Positions 16,942-26,363 of a DNA stretch of 64,000 nucleotides are shown piece by piece (position 1 is the stretch's first letter; the number at the start of each line of letters is the position of its first letter). The DNA is from Betaproteobacteria bacterium (GTDB taxonomy: Bacteria > Pseudomonadota > Gammaproteobacteria > Burkholderiales > JACQAP01), in NCBI GenBank assembly GCA_039931685.1, contig JBDTRK010000005.1:564-64563 (forward strand), read 5' to 3'. A program made the translations under genes and the position numbers. The notes below the pieces were generated by a model. It ran no database searches and was not told where the DNA came from. It was given only the letters and a program-made list of their open reading frames with translations.

Positions 16942-18687
16942 ATGAAACGATGGACGTATAAGGGGGTCGCAAAGACCCTGTCCGCAGTCGCTTTCGTCGG
17001 TATCGCATCCCAGGCACTGGCAGGAGATGTCACCTGGGATCGGCTGATGAACGCGGACAAGGACGCCAACAATTGGCTCATGTACCACCAGTCCTTCAAG
17101 GGCTGGCATTACAGCGGGCTGGACCAGGTCAACGCAGACAACGTCAAGAACCTGCACGTTGCGTGGTTGCATACACCGTCTGCCAGCAAGCGCGGCATTC
17201 AGTCCTTCCCGCTGGCTGTTGACGGCGTGCTCTACTACACCAGCTCGTCGGGCCAGGTTTGGGCATTGGACGGTGCGACCGGGGCGGTGATCTGGCGCTA
17301 TCAGGCCAAGATCGACACCGAGCGCGCAGAAGGAACGTTCTACAACCCTTACAACCGCGGTCTGGCCATCGGCTACGGCAAGGTCTACATCGGCACCGTT
17401 GACGGCCGCATGATCGCCCTCGACGCAAAGAACGGCAAAGTGGTCTGGGACAACACCATCCTCAGCGTAGAAAAAGGCAACAAGGGCTTCACAGGCGCAC
17501 CCGTGATCGTGAAAGACAAGGTCATCATCGGTTCGAACGGCGGCGAGCTGTCCGGCTGCTGCGGCCCGATTTTCGCAGTCAACGCGCAGACCGGCGAAGT
17601 GGCATGGCAATTCGACACCATCGGTGGCGACGAGCGTTCCCGCCAGTCCTGGGGCAACGATTCGTGGAAAATCGGCGGCGGCGGTGGCTGGATGACGGGT
17701 TCCTATGACCCGAAGACCAACACCGTATGGTGGGGTACCGCCAATCCGGCACCCGACTATGACTATGCCGGCGATAACTGGAAAACCGACGGCCCGCGTC
17801 CTGGCGATAACCTCTACAGCTCCTCAGTAGTGGTTCTGGATGCAGACTCCGGCGAACTGAAGTCCTACTTCCAGGAAATGCCGCATGACGCTTGGGACTT
17901 TGATGCGGCACCCGGCGAATTTGTGACCCTCGACAAGGGCGGCAAGCATTACATGCTGCACCCGAACAAGGGCGGCATCATTTTCGTCTACAACGCAGAT
18001 CAGGTTGGCGGCGGCAACCAGCTGAAGGTGGAAAACGCCTACATGCTGGGTGAGACCTACAACTACATCAAGGGTGTGGATCCCAAGACCGGCCAGCTCA
18101 TCGGCCGTCGCGACCTGCCCGAAGGCAAGCATACCAATGTCTGCCCGGCCATTGACGGGGCGATCAGCTGGAACACCGGTTCGTTCAACCCGGGAACCGG
18201 CCTGTACTACAAGATCGGCCAGGAATGGTGCTTCGACATCGAAGTGGTGAAGGCAGACCGTCCGGCTGATTTCTCCGGCCAGGCCTACTTCGGCGCTTCG
18301 TGGACGGCGACCCACCCGCAAGGCAAGAAGGCGTACGGCCATGTGACCGGCCGCGACCCGCTGTCCGGCAAGATCAAGTGGCGTACCGAGTTCAAGTACC
18401 CGCCGCTGGCCTCGCTGATGTCGACCAAGGGTAACCTGGTATTCGTGCCAGGCGCTGACGGCAACTTCCACGCACTCGATGCCCGTACCGGCAAAGAACT
18501 GTGGAAGTTCAACAACGGCATCGGCCACCACGGCGGCGTAATCTCCTACATGGCAGGCGGCAAGCAGTACATCGCCGTCGTGTCCGGTTGGGGCAGCCAC
18601 GTGTCGGGCAACTACGGCCCGCTGTTCGGCCATCCGTTCACGGAAATGCCGACAGATGCAGGCCAGTTGGTTGTATTCAGCCTGTAA
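16942..18687 (+). CDS. PQQ-dependent alcohol dehydrogenase, methanol/ethanol family, atypical clade
   Basis: Signal peptide, NWLMYHQSFKGWHYSGLDQVNADNVKNL, repeated W-motif propeller blades, and the WDFD active-site block. GGAGAG lies 5 nt upstream of the ATG. Confidence 0.85.
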   Translation: MKRWTYKGVAKTLSAVAFVGIASQALAGDVTWDRLMNADKDANNWLMYHQSFKGWHYSGLDQVNADNVKNLHVAWLHTPSASKRGIQSFPLAVDGVLYYTSSSGQVWALDGATGAVIWRYQAKIDTERAEGTFYNPYNRGLAIGYGKVYIGTVDGRMIALDAKNGKVVWDNTILSVEKGNKGFTGAPVIVKDKVIIGSNGGELSGCCGPIFAVNAQTGEVAWQFDTIGGDERSRQSWGNDSWKIGGGGGWMTGSYDPKTNTVWWGTANPAPDYDYAGDNWKTDGPRPGDNLYSSSVVVLDADSGELKSYFQEMPHDAWDFDAAPGEFVTLDKGGKHYMLHPNKGGIIFVYNADQVGGGNQLKVENAYMLGETYNYIKGVDPKTGQLIGRRDLPEGKHTNVCPAIDGAISWNTGSFNPGTGLYYKIGQEWCFDIEVVKADRPADFSGQAYFGASWTATHPQGKKAYGHVTGRDPLSGKIKWRTEFKYPPLASLMSTKGNLVFVPGADGNFHALDARTGKELWKFNNGIGHHGGVISYMAGGKQYIAVVSGWGSHVSGNYGPLFGHPFTEMPTDAGQLVVFSL

Positions 18688-18784
18688 TCGAACTGCTGCA
18701 GTAAAGCGTTAAGTGCGGGCGGGGGAGCGATCCCTCGCCCGTTTGTTATTCGATCAGACTCACCGCCCTCTTGCGGAGAAACAA

Positions 18785-19135
18785 ATGAAAGCATCACGCA
18801 GCAAGAAATTCGCCCTACTCATCGCGTTGATTGCGGGACTGACGGCCATGTCCGCTTATGCCCAGGATCCGACCGATGAGGTCGCAGCCAAGATCGATGA
18901 AAAATTCGGCGGCAACATCAAGAAGCTTTTTGCGACGAGATGCAGTTGGTGCCACCAGGGTTACGGCATGAAGCAAGCCGACGGGCCCAAACTCGCCGGC
19001 ACCAGCAAGTCCGTGGCGCAAGTCATGGCGCAGATCATGAACGGCAAGACACCGATGCCCGGATTCAAAAACCAGCTGTCGTTCGAGCAAGTTCAGGCTC
19101 TCGCCGAATACATCAAGGCGCTCCCCGGCAGTTGA
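18785..19135 (+). CDS. exported mono-haem c-type cytochrome (probable electron acceptor of the PQQ dehydrogenase)
   Basis: ATG at 18785 follows GGAGA. Signal peptide FALLIALIAGLTAMSAYA. One CxxCH (CSWCH) and a distal Met (KTPMPGF). Confidence 0.75.
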   Translation: MKASRSKKFALLIALIAGLTAMSAYAQDPTDEVAAKIDEKFGGNIKKLFATRCSWCHQGYGMKQADGPKLAGTSKSVAQVMAQIMNGKTPMPGFKNQLSFEQVQALAEYIKALPGS

Positions 19136-19152
19136 CGTGCCGCCGAGCCGAA

Positions 19153-19185
19153 GAAAAAGGGCGGCCCTGGCCGCCCTTTATTATT
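19153..19185. terminator. Rho-independent terminator between convergent genes
   Basis: GAAAAA-GGGCGGCC-ct-GGCCGCCC-TTTATTATT directly after the cytochrome stop and before the stop at 19199 (-). Confidence 0.6.
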
Positions 19186-19198
19186 CCTGCAGTCCTCC

Positions 19199-19573
19199 TC
19201 AATCTACGCGCTTCAGCTCCATCCTCGCGCCGAATCCGCCGTGCTTGCCGTTGCCACGCATTTGCCTGCCGCCTTCGTCCAGCCGCAGTCTCATCACCAG
19301 CGGCGCGCCATTTGCCCCGATGGCGGTGAAGGCAAAAGCTTTGCCATCGAACGTCTGCGTGGACAACGCGATCGGCTGCTGCCCGAATTCATCCAGATTC
19401 GTGAGCGCGATACTGCCGGAACCATCCTCAGCGATTTCCATTGCCACAATGCCACTGCTCATGCCGATATACCATGGCCCCTTCCACGTCCCGCGTAGCG
19501 CGCCGGTATCGGCGGCGGCCGCGCCGGCCAACAGTGCCGCCACCATCACGGCGACAATCCAGAATGCTTTCAT
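19199..19573 (-). CDS. exported hypothetical protein
   Basis: ATG at 19573 (MKAFWIVAVMVAALLAGAAAA signal peptide). The track start at 19660 is an extension. Confidence 0.5.
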   Translation of the reverse strand: MKAFWIVAVMVAALLAGAAAADTGALRGTWKGPWYIGMSSGIVAMEIAEDGSGSIALTNLDEFGQQPIALSTQTFDGKAFAFTAIGANGAPLVMRLRLDEGGRQMRGNGKHGGFGARMELKRVD

Positions 19574-19712
19574 TGCGTCCTCCGGCAATTGGCTCCGGCA
19601 AAGGCGCCGGGCTCGGTGTAATTCTAACCGCAGGCCCGGCAAATTTCCGGCCGCAGTCATGGCCGCACCTCCTTATATAATGCACTCTGGTTCCCGCACA
19701 CCGTAACGTCGT

Positions 19713-20264
19713 ATGGAATATTGCAGCGCATGCGGCGCGCGCGTCGAGCAGCGCGTGCCCCCTGGCGATACGCTTCCGCGCGACGTATGCGCGAGTTGCG
19801 GCATCGTGCACTACGAAAATCCGAAAATGATCGTGGGTTGTATCCCTGAATGGGAAAACCGCATCCTGCTGTGCCGCCGCGCCATCGAACCGCGCCACGG
19901 CTTGTGGACGGTGCCGGCGGGCTTCATGGAAAATCAGGAGACCACGGCAGAAGGGGCCATGCGCGAGACCCTCGAGGAAGCCAACGCGAGAGTGGAGATC
20001 CTCGGGCTGTATGCGTTGTTCAACATCCCTCACATCAACCAGGTGTACATGCTGTTTCGTGCCCGGCTTCTCGATGCCGATTTCAGCGCCGGCGCAGAAA
20101 CGCTGGAAACCAGGCTGTTCGCAGAGGACGAAATCCCCTGGGATGAAATTGCTTTCATTACGGTCCGGCGCACGTTGCGACACTACTTCGATGATCGCCG
20201 TGCCGGCGAATTCCGGTTTCACATGGGCACCATCGATCCCATGCCCAAACCCGCGGCAACCTGA
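19713..20264 (+). CDS. NUDIX hydrolase with N-terminal zinc ribbon
   Basis: CSACG...CASCG ribbon, then the Nudix box GFMENQETTAEGAMRETLEEANA. Confidence 0.8.
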   Translation: MEYCSACGARVEQRVPPGDTLPRDVCASCGIVHYENPKMIVGCIPEWENRILLCRRAIEPRHGLWTVPAGFMENQETTAEGAMRETLEEANARVEILGLYALFNIPHINQVYMLFRARLLDADFSAGAETLETRLFAEDEIPWDEIAFITVRRTLRHYFDDRRAGEFRFHMGTIDPMPKPAAT

Positions 20265-20282
20265 AACCGGCCGACGGCCCGC

Positions 20283-21449
20283 CTACGGCGCACGCAGGGA
20301 ATCGACGATGTTCAGGCGCGAAGCCCGGGCTGCCGGCAGGAATCCCCCGAGCAATCCCATGAACAGCGCGAAAGCAAGTGACTTTGCGATGATTGCCGGA
20401 TTCAGCCTGAAAGAAAACGCCAGTTCGGAAAACGACTGCCAATTCATCGTCGAGATCGTCAGGAACTGCATGAAGGACGCCAGTATCAATCCGATGCCGC
20501 CACCGATCAGCCCGAGCAGCAATGCCTCCAGAAGGAATACCGCAAGAATGCCGCTGCGGCGAAAACCAAGTGCGCGCAGCGTTCCGATTTCGGCGGTGCG
20601 GCTGGCCACCGATGCATACATCGTGATCATGGCGCCTATGGTCGCACCGATCGAGAAGATTACGGACAGAGTCAGTCCGAGATAACCGATGAAATTCGCC
20701 AGCACTTCGGACTGCTCGGCGTAGAACACCGATTCGCGCTTGGTTTCCACCGTCAGCCGCGGGTCGGACTCGATGCGCTGTTTGAAGCCTTCGAAACGCG
20801 CCGGGTCGTTCAGTTTCAGGACCAGGGAGGAAAAAACCGGCCGGCGAAAAGCCTGCATGAGCTGTTCGACGTCTCCCCAGATCTCCGAATCGAAACCGCT
20901 GTTGTTGGCATCGAAGATTCCGACCACGGTCCAGTCGCGCATGCCAAAGCGCAGTTGTTCGCCCGCGCCGGCGCCGCGGAAGCGCGCTGCAATGCCGCTC
21001 CCGGCAATAATTTCGGACGACCCGGCCCTGAACATGCGGCCCTGCACGATACGCACCTGGGGACGCAGGTCCCTCCCCTGTGGGCCGACGCCGCGGATGA
21101 TCACGTTGGACGGTTTTCCCGAATCGCGTTTCAGTAGCGTGATCAGCACGACCATTTCCTTCGATACACGCGCCCGGCCATCCGTTCCGTAGGCGATTTC
21201 CGGCTGGCTTTCCACCACGGCAGCCTGGACACGATCGATGCCGCTTTGCACTTCCGTTCCGGCCGAACGCCGCGTGACCACGACATTGTCCGGGGATCCG
21301 GTATCGACCAGGGTTTTTTTCAGTCCCTCCTGCAGCATCAGCACGGTGGCAAACACGAATACCACCAGCGCCATGCCGGCGGCGGTGAGCGCGGTCGTCA
21401 GCTTGCGCGCGCCCAGATTCTTCACTGTGTACGAATACGGGATCACCAT
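20283..21449 (-). CDS. ABC transporter permease (FtsX/MacB-type)
   Basis: N-terminal TM helix, large periplasmic domain, and a C-terminal FtsX block (RTAEIGTLRALGF). Confidence 0.8.
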   Translation of the reverse strand: MVIPYSYTVKNLGARKLTTALTAAGMALVVFVFATVLMLQEGLKKTLVDTGSPDNVVVTRRSAGTEVQSGIDRVQAAVVESQPEIAYGTDGRARVSKEMVVLITLLKRDSGKPSNVIIRGVGPQGRDLRPQVRIVQGRMFRAGSSEIIAGSGIAARFRGAGAGEQLRFGMRDWTVVGIFDANNSGFDSEIWGDVEQLMQAFRRPVFSSLVLKLNDPARFEGFKQRIESDPRLTVETKRESVFYAEQSEVLANFIGYLGLTLSVIFSIGATIGAMITMYASVASRTAEIGTLRALGFRRSGILAVFLLEALLLGLIGGGIGLILASFMQFLTISTMNWQSFSELAFSFRLNPAIIAKSLAFALFMGLLGGFLPAARASRLNIVDSLRAP

Positions 21450-21601
21450 GGATTCGATCTCACCGTCGCGGCACGCGCATCACCGGGAACGGCAAATCCG
21501 ACAGGACCTGGAACGCACACAGGTGCGCATTCATGCCGGCCTCAGACAGACATGACCTGCTTCCACCCGGGTTTCGTGATTCGTGTGTCCGCATGGAGCC
21601 C

Positions 21602-22759
21602 TCACCCGATATTGCGCAAGCCATCGACGATATGCAATCTGGCTGCGCTCAGACTGGGGAACAGCGCGGCGACCACGCCAACCAGCAGCGCCGCAGCCAA
21701 CTGCATGATCACGGTGTGACGCGATACGCCGAATACGGGAAACAGCGTTCCCAGCTTGGCGCCAAACCACTCTGCAACCGGATACGTTGCGGCGATGCCG
21801 GCAGCGGCGCCGGCCACGGCAATGGCAAGCGACTCACCGAAGATCAGCGCTACCAGTCGGGCCGGGCCGAAGCCGAGCGCCTTCATCGTTGCATACTCCG
21901 CCAGACGCTCGCGCGCCGTCATTGCCATGGTGTTCGCCATGACCGCCATGATGATGAAGATCACCAGGAAAGATACAATTTGGATGGCCACCACGATAGC
22001 CTCGGTCATGGCAACAAACCCCAGCTGGAATGCCTTTTCGGTTTCGGTCAGGGTTTCGGCGAGCGAATTCCTGAACATCAGGTCGACGGCGGCACTGACC
22101 TGCGCCGCGTTGCCCGGCTGATCGATGCCCACGATGTATACGCCAACACTGTTGGCGCGGCGGGGCACCAACTTCTTCAGGGTTTCGTTCAGGTAATCCC
22201 AATGGAAGAAGAACTGTGACGTATCCGTCTTGGCATCGGCACCGTCGTAGATAGCGCGGACGACAAACTCCCAGGTGCCGGGGAAAATGGTGCCGCGCAG
22301 GGGCACCGTGTCGCCAACCCGAAAACCGTATTGCTGCGCGAGCTTGCGTCCGACTATGCAGCCCTTGCGATCGCGCATGAACGCCGTCATGTTTTCGGCC
22401 GCAATCCGGTATTCAGGGTAAAGCGGAAAATAAGTCGGCGCATCCACCGCAAACTGCGGAAAGAAATTCCTTTCGGAGACATATATGCCACCAAACCAAT
22501 TGGCGTGGCTGACCTCCTTCACCCCTGCAACCGTGCGGATACGTGCGCTGTAAGTTATCGGCAGGGGAAAAACGAGGGAGATTGCGTTGCGCGTAACCAG
22601 CCGAGTCGTAGACGCGTTCTCGGCCCCGGCAAACCACGCCTCCACTACCGTGCGCAGCAGGCCGAATGCCAGGATGGCGACGAATATGCCGAGCAGGGTG
22701 AGTCCGGTGCGCAGGCGATGGCGCAGGGCGTTGCGCAAGATCAGCTTCAGGAAGTACAT
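21602..22759 (-). CDS. ABC transporter permease (FtsX/MacB-type), second copy
   Basis: Same architecture as the first copy: LRNALRHRLRTGLTLLGI N-terminus and RERLAEYATMKALGF FtsX block. Confidence 0.8.
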   Translation of the reverse strand: MYFLKLILRNALRHRLRTGLTLLGIFVAILAFGLLRTVVEAWFAGAENASTTRLVTRNAISLVFPLPITYSARIRTVAGVKEVSHANWFGGIYVSERNFFPQFAVDAPTYFPLYPEYRIAAENMTAFMRDRKGCIVGRKLAQQYGFRVGDTVPLRGTIFPGTWEFVVRAIYDGADAKTDTSQFFFHWDYLNETLKKLVPRRANSVGVYIVGIDQPGNAAQVSAAVDLMFRNSLAETLTETEKAFQLGFVAMTEAIVVAIQIVSFLVIFIIMAVMANTMAMTARERLAEYATMKALGFGPARLVALIFGESLAIAVAGAAAGIAATYPVAEWFGAKLGTLFPVFGVSRHTVIMQLAAALLVGVVAALFPSLSAARLHIVDGLRNIG

Positions 22760-22810
22760 GCACTCACCGCGTCAAAACCGCTCACTGATTGCGCCTGGAA
22801 TCGTGCACGG

Positions 22811-23509
22811 TTAGGTGGTCGACATGGCGGCTTCGACCAACTCACCTTTGTCCAGGTTCATGATCAGGTTGGCACGCTGTGCCGCACGCTGATCGTGGGT
22901 GACCATTACGATGGTCTTTCCCATCTCGCGATTCAGCCTCTCAAGCAGTCCAAGGATATCTCCGGCCGATACCCGGTCCAGATCGCCGGTCGGCTCGTCG
23001 GCAACGATCAGCAAAGGATCCGTGATGATGGCGCGCGCGATGGCAACGCGTTGCTGCTGCCCGCCGGATAGCTCGGAAGGATAATGTGCCGCTCGGTCAG
23101 TCAGGCTGACCATTTGTAGCGCAAGCTCCACCCGCTCGCGCCTGTCGCGACGGCCCAGTCTGGTCAGCAGCAGTGGCAGCTCGACGTTTTCGAAGGCGGT
23201 AAGCACCGGCATCAAGTTATAGAACTGAAAAATAAACCCGATATTGGCCGCGCGCCAATCCGCCAGCGCGGACTCTGAAAGTAGGGAGATGTCCTGCGAG
23301 TCGATGCGCAACTGGCCGCTGTCGGGCTTATCGATTCCGGCGATAAGGTTGAGCAATGTGCTCTTGCCGGACCCAGACGGACCCATCAGGGCCAGAAATT
23401 CACCCTGCGCAATGTCGAAACTCAGGTCATGCAATACCGCAATGACCTGGCCGCCACGGCGGTAGGATTTGAACAACCGGCGTATCTCGACAATCGGCGG
23501 ATTGCCCAT
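22811..23509 (-). CDS. ABC transporter ATP-binding protein (MacB/LolD-like)
   Basis: Walker [10 protein letters not shown], signature [14 protein letters not shown], Walker [10 protein letters not shown]. Confidence 0.9.
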   Translation of the reverse strand: MGNPPIVEIRRLFKSYRRGGQVIAVLHDLSFDIAQGEFLALMGPSGSGKSTLLNLIAGIDKPDSGQLRIDSQDISLLSESALADWRAANIGFIFQFYNLMPVLTAFENVELPLLLTRLGRRDRRERVELALQMVSLTDRAAHYPSELSGGQQQRVAIARAIITDPLLIVADEPTGDLDRVSAGDILGLLERLNREMGKTIVMVTHDQRAAQRANLIMNLDKGELVEAAMSTT

Positions 23510-24739
23510 CTACTTGGCGGCTAGCTTGACGGCAACGCCATCGCGCAGTTTGTCGACCGGCTTCAGGACCACTTTTTCGCCGGGCTGCGGGCCGCTACGA
23601 ATTTCGACGAGGTCTCCGATCCTTGCACCGGTTTCGACGGGAACGGCAACGACTTTGTCCTGCCTGACAACGAACACGACGTCGCGACCGTCCCGCTTCG
23701 CGATTGCCGCCGGGTCGAGCGCCGGCCGCGCCGTGCGCTCGTCATTGGCGATCTCTCGGGTCAGGAAAGCCGCCTTGGCGCTCATTTCCGGCAGCACGCG
23801 ATCATCCGGGTCGAGGAAGCGGATCTTGGTCATCACCGTCGCCTTGGCTCGGTCCACCGTCGGGACGGTGCGGCTGACCTCCCCACGGAATCGTTTGTCG
23901 GGTAGCGCGTCCAGCTGAATCTCCACCGGTTGGCCAATATGCACCTTGGAAAGACTGGATTCGGAAACGTCGGCCTCAACTTCCAGCGTCGTCATGTCGG
24001 CCATGGTAACCACTGCGCCCTTGCTGTCGAGCGCCGAGGAGAATGGCGTGACGATATCCCCGACATTGGCGGCCTTGGTCAGCACGACGCCGTCGAATGG
24101 CGCCCGAATGAGCGTTTGTTCGACGCCCACCTGTGCACCGCGCAGGTTTGCCACAGCTGCGGCGATCGCCGCCTGCAGGCTGGCAATCTGTGCGGTGGAT
24201 TTGTTATAACGTGCCACGGCCACATCGTGGGAAGCCTGCGAGACAAAACCTTCCGCCAGCAGGCCCTGGGAACGCTTCAATGCCGTTTCCGCGTCCTTCT
24301 GCTCGGCCTGGCCCTGCGCCAGATTGGCACGTGCCACCTGTACATTGGCGGCAGCTTGCTCGCGCGTAGCCTTCACATCCATGTCTTCCAGGCGCGCAAT
24401 GACATCATTCTTGCGCACGCGGCTGCCTTCCTGCACCCCGAGCCACACCAGGCGGCCGGTCGCTTTCGACGCAACCGCGGCCTTGCGTTGTGCCACGACA
24501 TAACCTGTCGCGTTCAGAATGGTGAAGCCTTGTGATGGATAGGCCATCGTGACCGTCGCCGTCTGCACCTCGACAGGCGCGGCGGCGACACGAAAATAAA
24601 CAGCCGCGGCAGCCAGTGCGGCGGCGGCGACCAGGGAAGTCAACACCAGCGGCCGCCTCCATCGACCACCGCGCCCCGCCGCGCCTGTGGCCGCATTCGT
24701 GCGGTCAATTTTCAGTCTGCTCAGATCTGTCGTATCCAA
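23510..24739 (-). CDS. efflux periplasmic adaptor (HlyD/MacA family)
   Basis: Its stop abuts the ATPase start. N-terminal LSRLKIDR, one TM helix, then coiled-coil and barrel-sandwich regions. The start is TTG at 24739; there is no nearer ATG. Confidence 0.8.
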   Translation of the reverse strand: MDTTDLSRLKIDRTNAATGAAGRGGRWRRPLVLTSLVAAAALAAAAVYFRVAAAPVEVQTATVTMAYPSQGFTILNATGYVVAQRKAAVASKATGRLVWLGVQEGSRVRKNDVIARLEDMDVKATREQAAANVQVARANLAQGQAEQKDAETALKRSQGLLAEGFVSQASHDVAVARYNKSTAQIASLQAAIAAAVANLRGAQVGVEQTLIRAPFDGVVLTKAANVGDIVTPFSSALDSKGAVVTMADMTTLEVEADVSESSLSKVHIGQPVEIQLDALPDKRFRGEVSRTVPTVDRAKATVMTKIRFLDPDDRVLPEMSAKAAFLTREIANDERTARPALDPAAIAKRDGRDVVFVVRQDKVVAVPVETGARIGDLVEIRSGPQPGEKVVLKPVDKLRDGVAVKLAAK

Positions 24740-24822
24740 ACGCGTTCACCAGGTTTCATTGCACCATTATGGCGGAACCCATGGCGTTGGATCGATGCGC
24801 TTCGAATACGTGCGCCAGATTC

Positions 24823-24849
24823 AAAAAAAAAGCGGCGCGAATGCGCCGC
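24823..24849 (-). terminator. Rho-independent terminator of amt
   Basis: On the minus strand GCGGCGC-attc-GCGCCGC followed by nine T, about 30 nt after the amt stop. Confidence 0.7.
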
Positions 24850-24881
24850 CTGCAGATTGCCTTGCTCAATCAGCGCGCGAA

Positions 24882-26084
24882 CTACCAGCTGACTTCTTTT
24901 TCCGCTGTGGCTGAAATCTTGTGGATGCTCAGGTCGGCGCCCATGAACTCCTGTTCTGCGTCCAGTCGGATCCCCACCGCCGCTTTCAAGGTCCCGTAAA
25001 TTAATAATGCACCGCTTACGGCAATGGCAACGCCGAGCACCGAGCCGGCCAACTGCGACAGCATGCTTACCCCTCCCAGTCCGCCGAAAGCCTTGAGGCC
25101 GAAAATGCCGGCGGCGATCCCTCCCCACAATCCACAGAGCCCGTGCAGGGGCCAGACGCCGAGCACATCGTCGATCTTCCAGCGATTCTGCGTCACCGTA
25201 AACATGAATACGAAGAGGACGCCGGCAATGATTCCAGTTGCCAGGCCACCAAGTGGATGCATCAGATCCGACCCCGCGCAAATCGCGACCAGCCCGGCGA
25301 GCGGACCGTTATGGACGAAACCGGGGTCATTGCGGCCCGCGATCAATGCGCCGATGGTACCGCCCGCCATGGCCATTAGAGAGTTCACGGCAACCAGGCC
25401 GCTGATCTTGTCGATGGCTTGTGCCGACATTACATTGAAGCCAAACCAGCCAACCGTGAGAATCCACGCGCCCAGCGCCAGAAACGGGATGCTTGACGGC
25501 GGATGGGCCGCGACGCCGCCTTCTTTGTTATAACGACCGCGCCTGGCGCCGAGCAGCAGCGCGGCGATCAGGCCGACCCATCCACCCACCGCGTGAACGA
25601 CGATGGATCCGGCGAAATCATGGAAAGGCGCACCGAAACTGGACTCCAGCCACCCCTGGATGCCGTAATTGCCATTCCATGCGATCCCTTCGAACAGCGG
25701 ATAGAGAAAGCCCACCAACATGAAAGTCGCTGCCAACTGTGGATTGAATTTCGCGCGCTCGGCGATGCCGCCCGATACGATCGCGGGAATCGCGGCGGCG
25801 AAGGTCAGCAGAAAAAAGAACTTGACCAGCTGATAGCCGCTGCCGACCGCCAGGGCATCCGCAGACGAGAAGAAATGAACCCCGTATGCAATCGAGTAGC
25901 CGATGAAGAAGTAGGCGATGGTCGACACTGAAAAATCGACCAGTATCTTGACCAGTGCATTGACCTGATTTTTCTTCCGCACAGTTCCGAGTTCGAGAAA
26001 AGCAAATCCGGCGTGCATTGCCAGAACCATGATGGCGCCCAGCAATATGAAAAGTGCATCACTACTTATTTTTAGGTTCTCCAT
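24882..26084 (-). CDS. amt: ammonium transporter
   Basis: 400 aa with about 11 TM helices. Amt blocks are MHAGFAFLELG, AGSIVVHAVGGW and DDVLGVWPLHGLCGLWGG. Confidence 0.9.
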   Translation of the reverse strand: MENLKISSDALFILLGAIMVLAMHAGFAFLELGTVRKKNQVNALVKILVDFSVSTIAYFFIGYSIAYGVHFFSSADALAVGSGYQLVKFFFLLTFAAAIPAIVSGGIAERAKFNPQLAATFMLVGFLYPLFEGIAWNGNYGIQGWLESSFGAPFHDFAGSIVVHAVGGWVGLIAALLLGARRGRYNKEGGVAAHPPSSIPFLALGAWILTVGWFGFNVMSAQAIDKISGLVAVNSLMAMAGGTIGALIAGRNDPGFVHNGPLAGLVAICAGSDLMHPLGGLATGIIAGVLFVFMFTVTQNRWKIDDVLGVWPLHGLCGLWGGIAAGIFGLKAFGGLGGVSMLSQLAGSVLGVAIAVSGALLIYGTLKAAVGIRLDAEQEFMGADLSIHKISATAEKEVSW

Positions 26085-26134
26085 GCTCCCCCCTCTATTT
26101 TTTCGGAAACTCGCAAAAACCTCGCATTCGCATG

Positions 26135-26165
26135 CAATAGCTGTTCCTTATTGTCTAAGCTATTG
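26135..26165. promoter_or_regulatory. candidate operator: 8-bp inverted repeat in the AT-rich amt/gspE-like divergent region
   Basis: CAATAGCT-N15-AGCTATTG, 50-80 nt upstream of the amt start. No known consensus was matched. Confidence 0.25.
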
Positions 26166-26363
26166 TGTAATAATTGATTTATATTATTTTCCGTTTACGA
26201 CAATCAAATAAAAGCTCTACTATGGTGCCTTATCGTCCGGATGCGCACTATTGTGATGCCTCTTACCAGCCGAACCTTCTCCCGAACATCGCTCCAGCGT
26301 TCCGAAGCGAGTTGGAGGCGCATGTCCCGCAGTTTATAGTGCCGTCAGATCACGCGAAAAATC

